Part shown: positions 8,972 through 18,498 of the stretch, piece after piece
Position numbering within the stretch: position 1 is the stretch's first letter
Layout: every line of letters begins with the position of its first letter
Assembly (NCBI GenBank): GCA_016212705.1
Contig: JACREU010000070.1
Coordinates: forward strand, 2,524 to 66,523
Direction of reading: 5' to 3'
Length of the DNA stretch: 64,000 nt
DNA from: Deltaproteobacteria bacterium
GTDB lineage: Bacteria; Desulfobacterota; GWC2-55-46
Notes under the pieces: model-generated
What the model was told of the DNA's origin: nothing
Databases searched by the model: none
Seen by the model: the letters and a program-made list of their open reading frames with translations, nothing else
Program-made: the position numbers and the translations under genes

Positions 8972-9988
8972 TTAGAGAGTCTCCTTTACCGGCGCGTAGA
9001 CGTCCGTGAGGAGGTCCGAGAGAGGAGGGTACTCGCTGTCTTTGGCGAATTTTACCGCATCGTCTATTTCCCCGGCAATGGAAGCGGCTATCTCCTTAAG
9101 TTCGTTTTCAGCAACGATGTTCCTTGAGAGGATGAATTCCCTCATAACCTTTACAGGACACCTCTCCATCCAGTAGATAAGCTCTTCCTTTGGCCTGCAT
9201 CCCTTCTCGTAATCGGCATCAGGCCCGACGTGTCCCTTCCACCTGTATGTCTTCGCCTCTATGAGGGACGGGCCGCCGCCTTTCCTGGCGCGGTTGACGG
9301 AATCCTGCGCGGCCTTGTAGACCTCGATCGCGTCGTTGCCGTCTATGCAGACGCCGTGCGAGTCGAAGGCAGAGGCGGAATCCGATATCCTGCAGGCCGA
9401 CTGCCTCGCGGACTGGTGGGAGTTTGTCGCGTAGAAGTTGTTCTCGCAGAAGAAAACGACGGGGAGCTTCTTTAAAGAAGCGAAGTTGAATGACTCGTAG
9501 AGCGCGCCTTCGTCATACGCCCCGTCCCCGAAGAAGATGACCGTTACGCGGTCTTCTTTCCTGATGGATGAGGCGAGCGCCGCGCCGACCCCCATGGGTA
9601 TGCCGCCCGCGACTATCGCGGAGGTCCCGAGTATCCCGTTCTCGACGTCTATGATGTGCATCGAGCCGCCCTTGCCCCTGGAACAACCCGTTGCCTTGCC
9701 GTAGAACTCGGCCATGAGCGGCCTCATCGCGCTCCCCTTGGCGAGCGCGTGTCCGTGGCCCCGGTGGTTGGAGAAGACATAGTCCTCTTTCCGAAGATTA
9801 AGGCAGACCCCCGTCGCTATCGCCTCCTGGCCGATGCAGAGGTGGACCGGGCACTTCATCTCCTGCTCCGGGTAGAGGTCGACGATCCTTTCCTCGAACA
9901 TGCGTATGCGGCACATCATCGCATACATGTCGATGAGCGTCTTCCGCGTTAATGTGGGGAGTCCGTATTTAAGGATATCTTCTTTCAT
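8972..9988 (-). CDS. ThDP-dependent 2-oxoacid dehydrogenase E1 component, alpha subunit (AcoA/PdhA-like)
   Basis: ThDP motif FFGDGAYDEGALYESFNFASLKKLPVVFFCENN, plus YRWKGHVGPD. It sits directly upstream of the beta subunit with a 2-nt gap. Confidence 0.85.
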   Translation of the reverse strand: MKEDILKYGLPTLTRKTLIDMYAMMCRIRMFEERIVDLYPEQEMKCPVHLCIGQEAIATGVCLNLRKEDYVFSNHRGHGHALAKGSAMRPLMAEFYGKATGCSRGKGGSMHIIDVENGILGTSAIVAGGIPMGVGAALASSIRKEDRVTVIFFGDGAYDEGALYESFNFASLKKLPVVFFCENNFYATNSHQSARQSACRISDSASAFDSHGVCIDGNDAIEVYKAAQDSVNRARKGGGPSLIEAKTYRWKGHVGPDADYEKGCRPKEELIYWMERCPVKVMREFILSRNIVAENELKEIAASIAGEIDDAVKFAKDSEYPPLSDLLTDVYAPVKETL

Positions 9989-10004
9989 GGGGCTAAGGGC
10001 GTCC

Positions 10005-11126
10005 TCAGATGAAGTTGACGTGGAGGGAGGGGTTCTTGAGCTCCCAGAGGTAGCGGTTCACCTCGTCCATCCTGCAGTTCCTCCTGCACTCGGCTGTGTC
10101 GAGTTCCCTTGAGGCGAACTCCATCACCTTTTTTCTCTTTTCGCCCTTCCATACCGCCTCGAAGGTCTCCTCGTTGATGTTCCCGAGGAGGAAGCGGTCG
10201 TCTCCTAAAAACGCGCTACACGCCCATACCCCGCCCCCGGCGTCTATGTATGCCCAGAAGGGGAGCGCCATGCAGTGCGAATAGCCCCTGCCCTTTTCTT
10301 CGAGTTTCCTCATGGCGTTAGACCTGAATATGACCTGAAAACGATTGTCAGATATTTTTTTGAGCTCATCGTTCAAATGCATGTAGTCGGCGTAGCTGAA
10401 ATCCTCGTACTGGTGAGTCTTGGACTTCAAGTGCTGTGAGTAGGATTTTATCACGAGGTAGTCGGCTCCTATCTCCTTCGCCTTTTTCGCGAGCAGGACC
10501 GCTTCATTCGCGTTTTCCGGCAGGAGTATCATCTGCATCCCGACGGTCGAGGCGAGGTGATTCGCGTCCCTGAATCTGACCGCCTTCGAGATGTTCCCGA
10601 TTACCTTATCGAAGTCCTCTTCCTTTGTCCTGTGGATTTTCGCGTAGGTCTCCTTTGTGGCCCCGTTTATGGAGACCTTTATCCATGTGATGGAGGCGAG
10701 GGTCGCTTCCATCAGCTTTTCCGTGAAAAGCACGCCGTTGGAGGTGATGGCGACGTCTACGCCTGAGGCCTTTGTGTGGTTTATTATCCCGTTGATATCC
10801 TTATGGAGGAAGGGCTCGCCCTCGCCGGCGTACATGATCGATTTTACGCCCAAACGCCCCATTTCGGTCAGGCGGTCTTTGAGGATGGCGGCGTCCAGGT
10901 GCCTCGGGTTGTATTCCATGTAATCGAGGGCGCAGTAGGTGCACCTGTGGTTGCATGCGCCGATAGGAGAAACCTCCATATATATCGGATAGATATCGGC
11001 GCCCTTGAGCCAATCGGCGACCCTGTCGACATGAAAGACCAGTTTATGGCTGTCTATCCTGAATTCGTCCATGGAGTGGATATACTCTCCCTTATCCGGC
11101 GTAAAGCCCATTAAAAAAGATAACAT
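10005..11126 (-). CDS. Radical SAM enzyme with SPASM-like C-terminal Cys cluster
   Basis: CNHRCTYC (CX3CX2C), then C-terminal HCMALP...GGGVWACSAF...TAECRRNCRMD. The real start may be the internal Met (MDEFRIDSHKL..., about 11072). Confidence 0.8.
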   Translation of the reverse strand: MLSFLMGFTPDKGEYIHSMDEFRIDSHKLVFHVDRVADWLKGADIYPIYMEVSPIGACNHRCTYCALDYMEYNPRHLDAAILKDRLTEMGRLGVKSIMYAGEGEPFLHKDINGIINHTKASGVDVAITSNGVLFTEKLMEATLASITWIKVSINGATKETYAKIHRTKEEDFDKVIGNISKAVRFRDANHLASTVGMQMILLPENANEAVLLAKKAKEIGADYLVIKSYSQHLKSKTHQYEDFSYADYMHLNDELKKISDNRFQVIFRSNAMRKLEEKGRGYSHCMALPFWAYIDAGGGVWACSAFLGDDRFLLGNINEETFEAVWKGEKRKKVMEFASRELDTAECRRNCRMDEVNRYLWELKNPSLHVNFI

Positions 11127-11227
11127 AGGTATGATACCTTAACAATATCAAAATTTTTCTTAAAATCTCATTAAAAGTTGTTAAAAAATGAGGGCTTTTG
11201 ACCCTTGTAGCAGTGGGCGCGACCCCA

Positions 11228-11236
11228 TGATATAAT
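11228..11236 (+). promoter_or_regulatory. Possible extended -10 promoter for copA
   Basis: TGATATAAT (TGnTATAAT) lies 32 nt upstream of the copA ATG. No convincing -35 element is present. Confidence 0.35.
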
Positions 11237-11267
11237 ATGTGATGGACATGAACCGCAAGGAGAGGTA

Positions 11268-13946
11268 ATGGCGATAGACCCGGTCTGCGGGATGGACGTA
11301 GACCCTGAAAAGGCAAAAGGCGAGAGCCTGTATAACGGCGAAAAGGTGTACTTCTGCGCCCTCCGGTGCAAGGAGAGGTTCGACGCGGAGCCTGAAAAAT
11401 ACCTCGCGGGCTTGTGCGCGTTGGAGAAACTGCCGCGTGTAAACGCGCATCCTTTACAGGACGCGCGCCATTCCCCCAAGAACGTCAGGAGGGTATCCCT
11501 CCCGATAACAGGCATGTCCTGCGCCTCGTGCGCAACGAAGATAGAGAAGGGGCTTACCGGATTATCCGGCATAGTAGAGGCCTCGGTCAACTTCGCGGCA
11601 GAGAAGATCAACATCTCCTATAACCCGGATGACGTACACGTCTCGGACTTTGTAAAGGCCATAAAGGAGCTCGGCTATGGCGCCGGCGTGGCGTCCGTCT
11701 CTATCGCGGTAAAGGGGATGTCCTGCGCCTCGTGCGTCGAAAAAGTCACAAAGGCCTTGAACGCCGTCGATGGTGTGGTAAGCGCCTCGGTCAACTTTGC
11801 GACTGAAAAGGCGACGGTAAATTTCCTCCCGACCGTCGTCGGGGTAGACGCGCTCATAAAGGCGATCAACTCAGGCGGGTACAAGGCCTTGTACCAGTCT
11901 GATGAGGAAGACCTCCTCGCGAGAGACGAGAGGGAGAAGAAGGAGGAGGAGAAGAGGCTCCGGCTCCGATTCATCGTCGCCGCGATAGTCGCCGTCCCGG
12001 TGATGACAGGGTCTTTCGCCGGGATGATCCCGCGGGTGCCGTCTTTTTTAGGGAATAACTATCTTCTCTTCGTCCTCGCGACCCCTGTACAGTTCTGGGC
12101 AGGATGGCGTTTTTACAGGGGGGCGTTCATAGCCGCGCGGCATTTTACGACGGACATGAACACGCTCATAGCCGTCGGCACATCAGCCGCTTATCTTTAC
12201 AGCGCGGCAATGACTTTCTTTCCGAATTTCTTCGAGGCTCTCGGGTTCTCAACCGGCGTCTACTTCGATACCGCGACAGCCATTATCGCGCTCATACTCC
12301 TCGGCAGGCTCCTTGAGATGAGGGCAAAGGCGCAGACCTCGGAGGCGATAAAGAAGCTCATAGGCCTCTCTCCCAGGACGGCAAGGGTTGTGCGCGGCGG
12401 AGTCGAACTCGACATCCCGGCCTCCGACGTCGTCGAGGGGGAGATCGTCATCGTGAGGCCCGGCGAGAAGGTCCCTGTGGACGGAAAGGTCTTCGATGGG
12501 TCCTCGTCAATTGACGAATCGATGATAAGCGGAGAGTCGCTCCCGGTCGACAAAGAGCCGGGCGACATTGTAATAGGCGCGACGATCAACAAGACGGGCT
12601 CTTTCAAATACAGGGCCACTAAGGTGGGGAAGGATTCCACCCTCTCCCAGATAATAAGGCTCGTCGAGGAGGCCCAGTCCTCGAAGCCGCCGATAGCGAG
12701 GCTCGTTGACGTGATAGCGGGCTGGTTCGTCCCTGTTGTCATTGCGCTTGCCTCTCTTACATTCGTAATCTGGCTAATATTCGGCCCCGCGCCCGCGTTC
12801 ACCTACGCGCTCCTTAACTTCATCGCCGTACTCATCATAGCCTGCCCGTGCGCAATGGGGCTTGCCACCCCCACCTCCATCATGGTCGGGACCGGCAAGG
12901 GGGCGGAGAACGGGATACTCATAAGGGGAGGGGAGTCGCTCGAGACGGCGCACAAGTTGAACGCAATAGTGTTTGACAAGACCGGGACGCTCACCAGGGG
13001 CGAGCCCGCGATTACTGATATCGTGGTTGCGCACGATGTCACGATAGCGTCAAAGGGGCTCTCAATGGAAGAGGGCGTCCTCTTCTATGCGGCTTCCGCC
13101 GAAAAGGGCTCCGAGCACCCGATAGGCGAGGCGATAGTTAAAAAGGCGTCGGCAAAGGGGATAGCGCTTTCAAACCCCATAGGCTTTAACGCCCTTCCCG
13201 GCCACGGGCTTATCGCTGAGGTGGACGGGCGGGTGGTCATACTCGGCAACCTCAAGATGATGGCCGATAGGAATATCCCAATAGAGAATCTTCTGAAAGA
13301 AACCGAGAGGCTCTCAGACGAGGGAAAGACGCCGATATTCGTCGCCGTTGACAATAAAGCGGTCGGCGTTATCGCGGTAGCCGACACGCTGAAGGAGAAC
13401 TCTAAGGAGGCGGTTTCTGCCCTTAAAAAGATGGGGCTCACGGTCGCCATCATCACGGGCGACAACCGGAGGACGGCGACCGCCATCGGGAAAGAACTCG
13501 GCGTCGACAGAATACTCTCGGAGGTCCTCCCCGAGGACAAGGCCAGGGAGGTAAAGAAGCTCCAGGACGAGGGGAAAAAGGTAGCGATGGTAGGCGACGG
13601 CATAAACGACGCGCCCGCGCTCGCGCAGGCCGACGTAGGCATAGCCATAGGCACCGGGACGGACGTCGCGATGGAGGCTTCCGACATAACCTTGATAGGC
13701 GGGGACTTAAGGGCCATCGTCACCGCTATCGCTCTTAGCAGGGCGACTATAAGGAACATCAGGCAGAACCTCTTCTGGGCGTTCTTCTATAACGTCCTCC
13801 TCATACCCGTCGCGGCAGGGGCGCTCTATCCGTTTACAGGCATGCTCCTCGACCCGATGTTCGCGGCGGCGGCGATGGGGCTGTCGTCCGTTAGCGTAGT
13901 TACGAACGCGCTCAGGCTTAAGAGGTTCAGACCCGCCTTGACCTGA
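11268..13946 (+). CDS. copA: Copper-translocating P1B-type ATPase with N-terminal YHS/TRASH-like domain and two HMA domains
   Basis: DPVCGMDVD...[11 protein letters not shown]; two GMSCASC metal-binding sites; CPC in the TM helix; DKTGTLT phosphorylation site; GDGINDAP hinge. Confidence 0.95.
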   Translation: MAIDPVCGMDVDPEKAKGESLYNGEKVYFCALRCKERFDAEPEKYLAGLCALEKLPRVNAHPLQDARHSPKNVRRVSLPITGMSCASCATKIEKGLTGLSGIVEASVNFAAEKINISYNPDDVHVSDFVKAIKELGYGAGVASVSIAVKGMSCASCVEKVTKALNAVDGVVSASVNFATEKATVNFLPTVVGVDALIKAINSGGYKALYQSDEEDLLARDEREKKEEEKRLRLRFIVAAIVAVPVMTGSFAGMIPRVPSFLGNNYLLFVLATPVQFWAGWRFYRGAFIAARHFTTDMNTLIAVGTSAAYLYSAAMTFFPNFFEALGFSTGVYFDTATAIIALILLGRLLEMRAKAQTSEAIKKLIGLSPRTARVVRGGVELDIPASDVVEGEIVIVRPGEKVPVDGKVFDGSSSIDESMISGESLPVDKEPGDIVIGATINKTGSFKYRATKVGKDSTLSQIIRLVEEAQSSKPPIARLVDVIAGWFVPVVIALASLTFVIWLIFGPAPAFTYALLNFIAVLIIACPCAMGLATPTSIMVGTGKGAENGILIRGGESLETAHKLNAIVFDKTGTLTRGEPAITDIVVAHDVTIASKGLSMEEGVLFYAASAEKGSEHPIGEAIVKKASAKGIALSNPIGFNALPGHGLIAEVDGRVVILGNLKMMADRNIPIENLLKETERLSDEGKTPIFVAVDNKAVGVIAVADTLKENSKEAVSALKKMGLTVAIITGDNRRTATAIGKELGVDRILSEVLPEDKAREVKKLQDEGKKVAMVGDGINDAPALAQADVGIAIGTGTDVAMEASDITLIGGDLRAIVTAIALSRATIRNIRQNLFWAFFYNVLLIPVAAGALYPFTGMLLDPMFAAAAMGLSSVSVVTNALRLKRFRPALT

Positions 13947-13987
13947 TAGTTTAGCCATGATAAAGGAGATGAGAGGAGACCGCGGCC

Positions 13988-14332
13988 ATGAAGAGACTGT
14001 CGTTTGCGTTATTGCTCTGCCTTGCCATTTCATCCCTTACGTTTGCCGATGATGTCGCCTTTAAAAAGGGCGAGGAGGCGTTCAAAAAGAACTGCGTAAA
14101 GTGCCACGGTGATAAGGCCTCGGGCACGGAGTCTGGTCCCCCGCTCATACACAAGATATACCACCCGAACCACCACTCGGATATGAGTTTTCGCTGGGCC
14201 GTTGAAAGGGGCGCGCGCTCGCACCACTGGAGGTTCGGCGACATGCCGAAGGTAGAGGGCGTGTCCAAGGAAGATACGGAAAACATAATTATTTATATCC
14301 GTACTCTCCAGAAAGAGGCGGGGATATTTTAA
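13988..14332 (+). CDS. Secreted mono-haem c-type cytochrome
   Basis: Signal peptide MKRLSFALLLCLAISSLTFA, haem motif CVKCH and a distal Met candidate (GDMP). Its stop overlaps the next start (TAATG). Confidence 0.8.
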   Translation: MKRLSFALLLCLAISSLTFADDVAFKKGEEAFKKNCVKCHGDKASGTESGPPLIHKIYHPNHHSDMSFRWAVERGARSHHWRFGDMPKVEGVSKEDTENIIIYIRTLQKEAGIF

Positions 14333-15135
14333 TGGGACGCTTCAAAAACAAGGTCCTCGCCAAGCTCTTAACCCGCTTTCCTGCCCTCCTCGACAGGTTC
14401 ATCGACAAGACCGCGTCCGTCAAAGTCTCCGGCGTACCGTGGACGCCGGTAACAAAGCCGTTGAAGGACTCCGTTGTCGCGCTTATTACGACAGCCGGGG
14501 TCCATCTGAAGTCCCAGAAGCCCTTTGACATGCTGGACAAGGCAGGCGACCCGTCGTACAGGGAGATACCGTCAGCGACTCCGCGCTCGGAGTACATGAT
14601 TACGCACGACTACTACGACCACGCGGACGCTGACTCTGACTTGAACATCGTCTTCCCGATAGAGAGGCTCCGGGAGATGGCGGAGAGCGGAGAGATAAAG
14701 GGGCTCGCAAGGAATAATTACAGCTTCATGGGGCATATAGACGGCAGACACATCGCTACACTCATGGAGAAGACCGCGCCAGAGGTGGCGGGTTTGCTTA
14801 GACGCGAGTCCGTGGATGTTGCTCTCCTCACACCCGGGTGAGGCCTCTGCAATCGGTCCGTGGGACTGATACAGAGGGAAATAGAGAAGGCAGGGATACC
14901 GACGATAGCGGTCTCGATCGTCAGAAAGTTCACCGAGGACGTGAAGGCCCCGCGCGCGGTCTTCGTAAAGTGGCCGATGGGGCACCCTTTGGGAGAGCCG
15001 GGCGTCGTCGAGACGCATAGGGCGGTCATATCCGCCGCTTTCAGGGCATTAAGGGAGATAAAGGCACCGGGGACGATAATAGACCTTCCGTTCCGGTGGA
15101 AGAGGAGGGAGGACCTCAAGAAGGGGGCGTTTTGA
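14332..15135 (+). CDS. GrdB/PrdB-family (selenoprotein B-like) reductase, probable selenoprotein with Sec encoded by in-frame TGA at 14839-14841
   Basis: Track ORFs 14332-14841 and 14860-15135 share one frame and are separated only by one TGA. Read-through gives ...LLTPG-U-GLCNRSVGLIQREIEKAGIPTIAVS. The N-terminal half has ALITTAGVH and HDYYDH...DLNIVFPIERLREMAESGEIKG, reminiscent of the glycine/proline reductase B family. Confidence 0.7.
14844..14877 (+). promoter_or_regulatory. SECIS-like mRNA hairpin immediately 3' of the in-frame UGA
   Basis: CCUCUG (14844-49) pairs with CAGAGG (14872-77). AUCGGUCC (14852-59) pairs with GGACUGAU (14863-70, one G-U pair). The apical loop GUG lies 19-21 nt after the UGA. 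Confidence 0.6.
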
Positions 15136-15157
15136 AGGTTTAGCCACCTTCTTTTTT
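15134..15157 (+). terminator. Rho-independent terminator after the GrdB-like gene
   Basis: GAAGGT (15134-39), loop TTAGCC, ACCTTC (15146-51), followed by T6. Confidence 0.55.
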
Positions 15158-15159
15158 AA

Positions 15160-15480
15160 AGAGGGGTGATTCGATCCTCTGCCTGTAGTTATTTTGCGCG
15201 CTCAGCGCGCTTTTGCGTATGGGCGCCAAGCGCTTTTTTCCTCCCCCACCCGCTCGCGCGCCCCTTAGAGCGAACGGGTCAGGGGAGGCGGTAAGCAAGC
15301 GAAGACATGCCGCTAAAGCGCGAGACGCGCAAAAAGGCCTTAGCCAATAAGACCTTTGTGCATTCGCCTCTCGTTTAAGGTTTTGACTCGCTCTTTCCAG
15401 ATACTGGATTCCCGCTTGAAGCATGCGGGAATGACAGTGTCCCTCCGGGCGGTTCAAGTCTGAGGCTTCGAGAATCTTAT
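15160..15480. repeat. Non-coding region built from short palindromic or repetitive-element-like sequence
   Basis: GCGCGC-TCA-GCGCGC palindrome (~15196-15210). ATTCCCGC (15408-15) and GCGGGAAT (15425-32) form an inverted repeat. The minus-strand translation (..HSRMLQAGIQ..) looks like junk ORFs I recall being produced by dispersed repeats in environmental genomes. Confidence 0.4.
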
Positions 15481-15516
15481 TCGGTTCGAGATTTTGGCCG
15501 CGCGCCGAGCGCCCCC

Positions 15517-16695
15517 TCAGAACCTCGGCTTCCCGTCTATAATAAGCTCTATCTTCCGCCCGTCTTTCAATACCTCGAGGTTAGGCCTGAAAAATATGAA
15601 GTCCTGGTGAAAGGGCACGCAGACCGTGCCGCCGAAAGACGAGTTGTCGCCGAGCGCCATGTGTACGGTCCCGAGTATCTTTTCCGTTTCGAGTATGTTG
15701 TCGGGTCTTGACGCCTTGTCGTTCGTGCCTACGCCCAATTCGGCGATATTTCCGATAAGCGGGTTCTCTTTTATCCTTTTGGTCAGGTCAGAGGCGAGTT
15801 CGCCTCGGCCGGCTACCTCGACGACGCGCCCGCCCTTTACGTATAGGCTGACCGGCTCCACGAGTTTGCCCGTCGGCGCCCATTCGAGGATAAGGATCCC
15901 TTCGGCGGTGCCTTCAAGTGGCGCAAGATAGGCCTCTCCGGCAGGGAGGTTCCCGAAGGTGCCCGGCTCCGTCAGTATCCCGGTGTCGGGCTTGACCTCG
16001 CGCCCCTTCATTGAGAAGGAGATAGAGGTGCCGTTGTGGGAGGTGACATACGCCATGTCGGCGCCGTTCATGAGTCCGGCGAGTTTTATAGTCCTCCTGG
16101 CTACCTGCTTCCAGTCCGCGGTCATGGCGCCTGTTATCATCCCCTCGTCGAACAAGGGCATGGAGGCGTACCTCGCACGCGTGCACCTCGTAAGGAAGTC
16201 CCTGAAGCGGGTGTGCGAGGTCGAGTAGTTCGATAAGGCGACTACGGCGTCAGGCGGCTTCCCGAGCGTCTTTATGACCTCCACAGCCTCTTCCAGCTCA
16301 TTTTTTGAGGCCTCCTTAAGGAGTATCCTGTCCAGTATGTCTTTTTCGACGAGTTCCGCTACTGCCCTTGGACCGAAGGCCGCCTCCCAGACTTCCGCTG
16401 GCGGCTCCTTGCCGTGGCCAATGACAGAAGGAAACTCGATGTAGTCGGTTGTGCAGAGTTTCCTGCCCTCCTCGGCTACGGCCCTCGCTATCTCGCGGAG
16501 CGCCTCCCTTTGCTTTCGTTCATCCTCTGAGACCTCTTCGCCCTCATGTATGAGGTCTGTAAATACGATGACCCGCTCCGATTTCTTTATCCCCAGGTTT
16601 ACGGTGAATATATTCTTGAAGACCTCGGCGGGGCTTGTCCATTTGCCAGAACCTCCGTCCTTTACCTGGGGAATAGCGGCCTTTGCTTTAGCCAT
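15517..16695 (-). CDS. Aminopeptidase, M29 (aminopeptidase T/AmpS) family
   Basis: FGNLPAGEAY, IAELGVGTN and GTVHMALGDN motifs are characteristic of thermophilic metalloaminopeptidase M29. Confidence 0.75.
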   Translation of the reverse strand: MAKAKAAIPQVKDGGSGKWTSPAEVFKNIFTVNLGIKKSERVIVFTDLIHEGEEVSEDERKQREALREIARAVAEEGRKLCTTDYIEFPSVIGHGKEPPAEVWEAAFGPRAVAELVEKDILDRILLKEASKNELEEAVEVIKTLGKPPDAVVALSNYSTSHTRFRDFLTRCTRARYASMPLFDEGMITGAMTADWKQVARRTIKLAGLMNGADMAYVTSHNGTSISFSMKGREVKPDTGILTEPGTFGNLPAGEAYLAPLEGTAEGILILEWAPTGKLVEPVSLYVKGGRVVEVAGRGELASDLTKRIKENPLIGNIAELGVGTNDKASRPDNILETEKILGTVHMALGDNSSFGGTVCVPFHQDFIFFRPNLEVLKDGRKIELIIDGKPRF

Positions 16696-16815
16696 CTGAT
16701 CCTCTTCTCCTTTAAGGCAATTAAAAGATTACCACTGTCATTCAATATATCACCAGGTCCATGTTTGTCAAATATGCGGATACGGGAGAATTTCAGCAAC
16801 CCCATGTTCAAAATA

Positions 16816-16845
16816 TTGACATGGGAACGGGGTCTGTTGTATAAT
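16816..16845 (+). promoter_or_regulatory. Consensus sigma-70 promoter of the first sigma-54 activator gene
   Basis: TTGACA (16816-21), 18-nt spacer, TATAAT (16840-45), about 45 nt upstream of ATG 16890. Confidence 0.55.
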
Positions 16846-16889
16846 GCGCGTACGCCACAAATAGTGCTGTCACATCAGGAGAACCCGAC

Positions 16890-18326
16890 ATGGGAGAGAG
16901 CACGATCCTTCTGGTTGAGGATGAGGAGTATATACGCGAGAACTTAAGCGAAATACTCGAGATGAACGGCTACAAGGTGCATACCGCGGCTACAGGCGAG
17001 GCAGGCATTGACGCCGCGAAAAAGACGCCCTTCGACATAGTCCTTACCGATCTTAAACTCCCCGGCGTGAGCGGCATAGACGTCATCAGGTCGATCAAGT
17101 CCCATTCACCGAACACCCCATGCATAATACTCACAGGCTACGCGACGGTCGAGACCGCGGTTGAGGCGATGCGCGTCGGCGCCTTCACTTATCTCAAAAA
17201 ACCTTTCGGCAAGGACGAGCTCCTCATTACGCTTGAGAAGGCGAACGAGGTAAGGGCTTTAAAAGAGGAGAACTCGAAGCTCAAAAACGAGATAAAGAAG
17301 AACTGCACTACCGCGATACTCGGCACTTCCGCCGAAATTCAGGAAGTGCGCGATACCATTACCAAAATAGCCGACACTGACTCCACCGTACTCATCCTCG
17401 GCGAATCAGGCACCGGAAAAGAGCTCGTCGCCCGCGCCCTCCATTACGGCTCCACGAGGTCGAATAAGCCCTTTGTCCCCATAAACTGCGGGGCTATTCC
17501 CGAAGACCTCCTGGAGAGCGAGCTCTTCGGGTACGAGAAGGGGGCGTTTACCGGGGCGATAGCCACGAAGATCGGCAGGTTCGAGGCCGCGCACGAGGGG
17601 ACGGTTTTTTTGGACGAGATAGGGGACATGTCCCCTGGGTTGCAGGTCAAGATCCTCCGTGTCCTTCAGGAAAAGGAGTTCGAGAGGTTAGGGGGCAGGA
17701 ATTCGATAAAGGTGGATGTGAGGGTCGTAGCGGCGACTAACCAGGAACTTGAGAAGGCTGTCGAGGAGAAGAGGTTCAGAAAGGACCTTTACTACAGGCT
17801 GAACGTAATCCCCATACACCTGCCGCCCTTGAGGGACAGGAGGGAGGATATACCGTTGCTCCTCTCCCAATTCGTCGACAAGCTCTCAAAGAGGAAGAAG
17901 AAGTCGATAAAGGGAGTATCCCAGGACGCGGTCAGGCTCTTTGAGGCCTACGACTGGCCGGGTAATATCAGGGAGCTGGAGAACCTGGTTGAAAGGCTCG
18001 TGGTACTTAAGGAATCAGACTCGTCCATTACTCCCCGCGACCTGCCGGACAAGATCAGGCAATCAAAGGCGCTGGAGACGCTCTCATGCGCAGTAGAGTT
18101 GCCTGAAGAAGGCGTTGATTTCAACGCCGCGGTGGACAACTTCGAGCGCGACCTCATCATAGGCGCCCTCAGCAGGGTGAACGGCGTCAAGAAAAAGGCC
18201 GCCGAGTACCTGAACCTCAACAGGACGACCCTTATCGAAAAGATGAAAAGAAAAGGTCTCCTCGACGCGATCGATCCGACTGAGGCTGGAGAGCCCTCAG
18301 AGCAGAGCGAGCTGACCGGGTCATAA
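16890..18326 (+). CDS. Sigma-54-dependent response regulator (REC-AAA+-Fis HTH), candidate flagellar master activator (FleQ/FlrA/FgrM-like role)
   Basis: REC domain (DIVLTDLKLPGVSG), Walker A GESGTGKE, GAFTGA loop and C-terminal HTH AAEYLNLNRTTLIEKMK. It sits at the head of the flagellar cluster. Confidence 0.85.
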   Translation: MGESTILLVEDEEYIRENLSEILEMNGYKVHTAATGEAGIDAAKKTPFDIVLTDLKLPGVSGIDVIRSIKSHSPNTPCIILTGYATVETAVEAMRVGAFTYLKKPFGKDELLITLEKANEVRALKEENSKLKNEIKKNCTTAILGTSAEIQEVRDTITKIADTDSTVLILGESGTGKELVARALHYGSTRSNKPFVPINCGAIPEDLLESELFGYEKGAFTGAIATKIGRFEAAHEGTVFLDEIGDMSPGLQVKILRVLQEKEFERLGGRNSIKVDVRVVAATNQELEKAVEEKRFRKDLYYRLNVIPIHLPPLRDRREDIPLLLSQFVDKLSKRKKKSIKGVSQDAVRLFEAYDWPGNIRELENLVERLVVLKESDSSITPRDLPDKIRQSKALETLSCAVELPEEGVDFNAAVDNFERDLIIGALSRVNGVKKKAAEYLNLNRTTLIEKMKRKGLLDAIDPTEAGEPSEQSELTGS

Positions 18327-18498
18327 TATTGACGTGAAGGCCCCGTAGCTTGCTTGCGGGGCCTGTAACAGTAGATTATCCATTAAGCCAGCTGATCTAA
18401 AAGCCTGTCATGTTTTCAGCAAAACACCCCGTTTTACCTCAAAAAAACCATTCCAAACCGTAACTCGCCCCTGTCTCGGCCATTGACCTTAAGGTAAA

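Noticed and set aside
11190-11236. MerR/CueR-type long-spacer promoter for copA (TTGACC or TTGTAG upstream of TATAAT).
   Set aside because: The spacers are 27 or 20 nt with no dyad-symmetric operator between the elements, and no cueR or csoR gene is nearby. Only the extended -10 is retained, at low confidence.
15140-15457. 105-aa minus-strand ORF in the spacer after the GrdB-like gene.
   Set aside because: It is translated from palindromic, repeat-like DNA (..HSRMLQAGIQ.., ..GARAGGGG..). It has no RBS or domain signature, so I treat it as a repeat-derived artefact.
15451-15460. GGTTCAAGTC, which resembles a tRNA T-loop. I considered it as a possible tRNA (even tRNA-Sec) next to the selenoprotein gene.
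   Set aside because: The flanking sequence gives no complementary T-stem, acceptor stem or anticodon arm on either strand.
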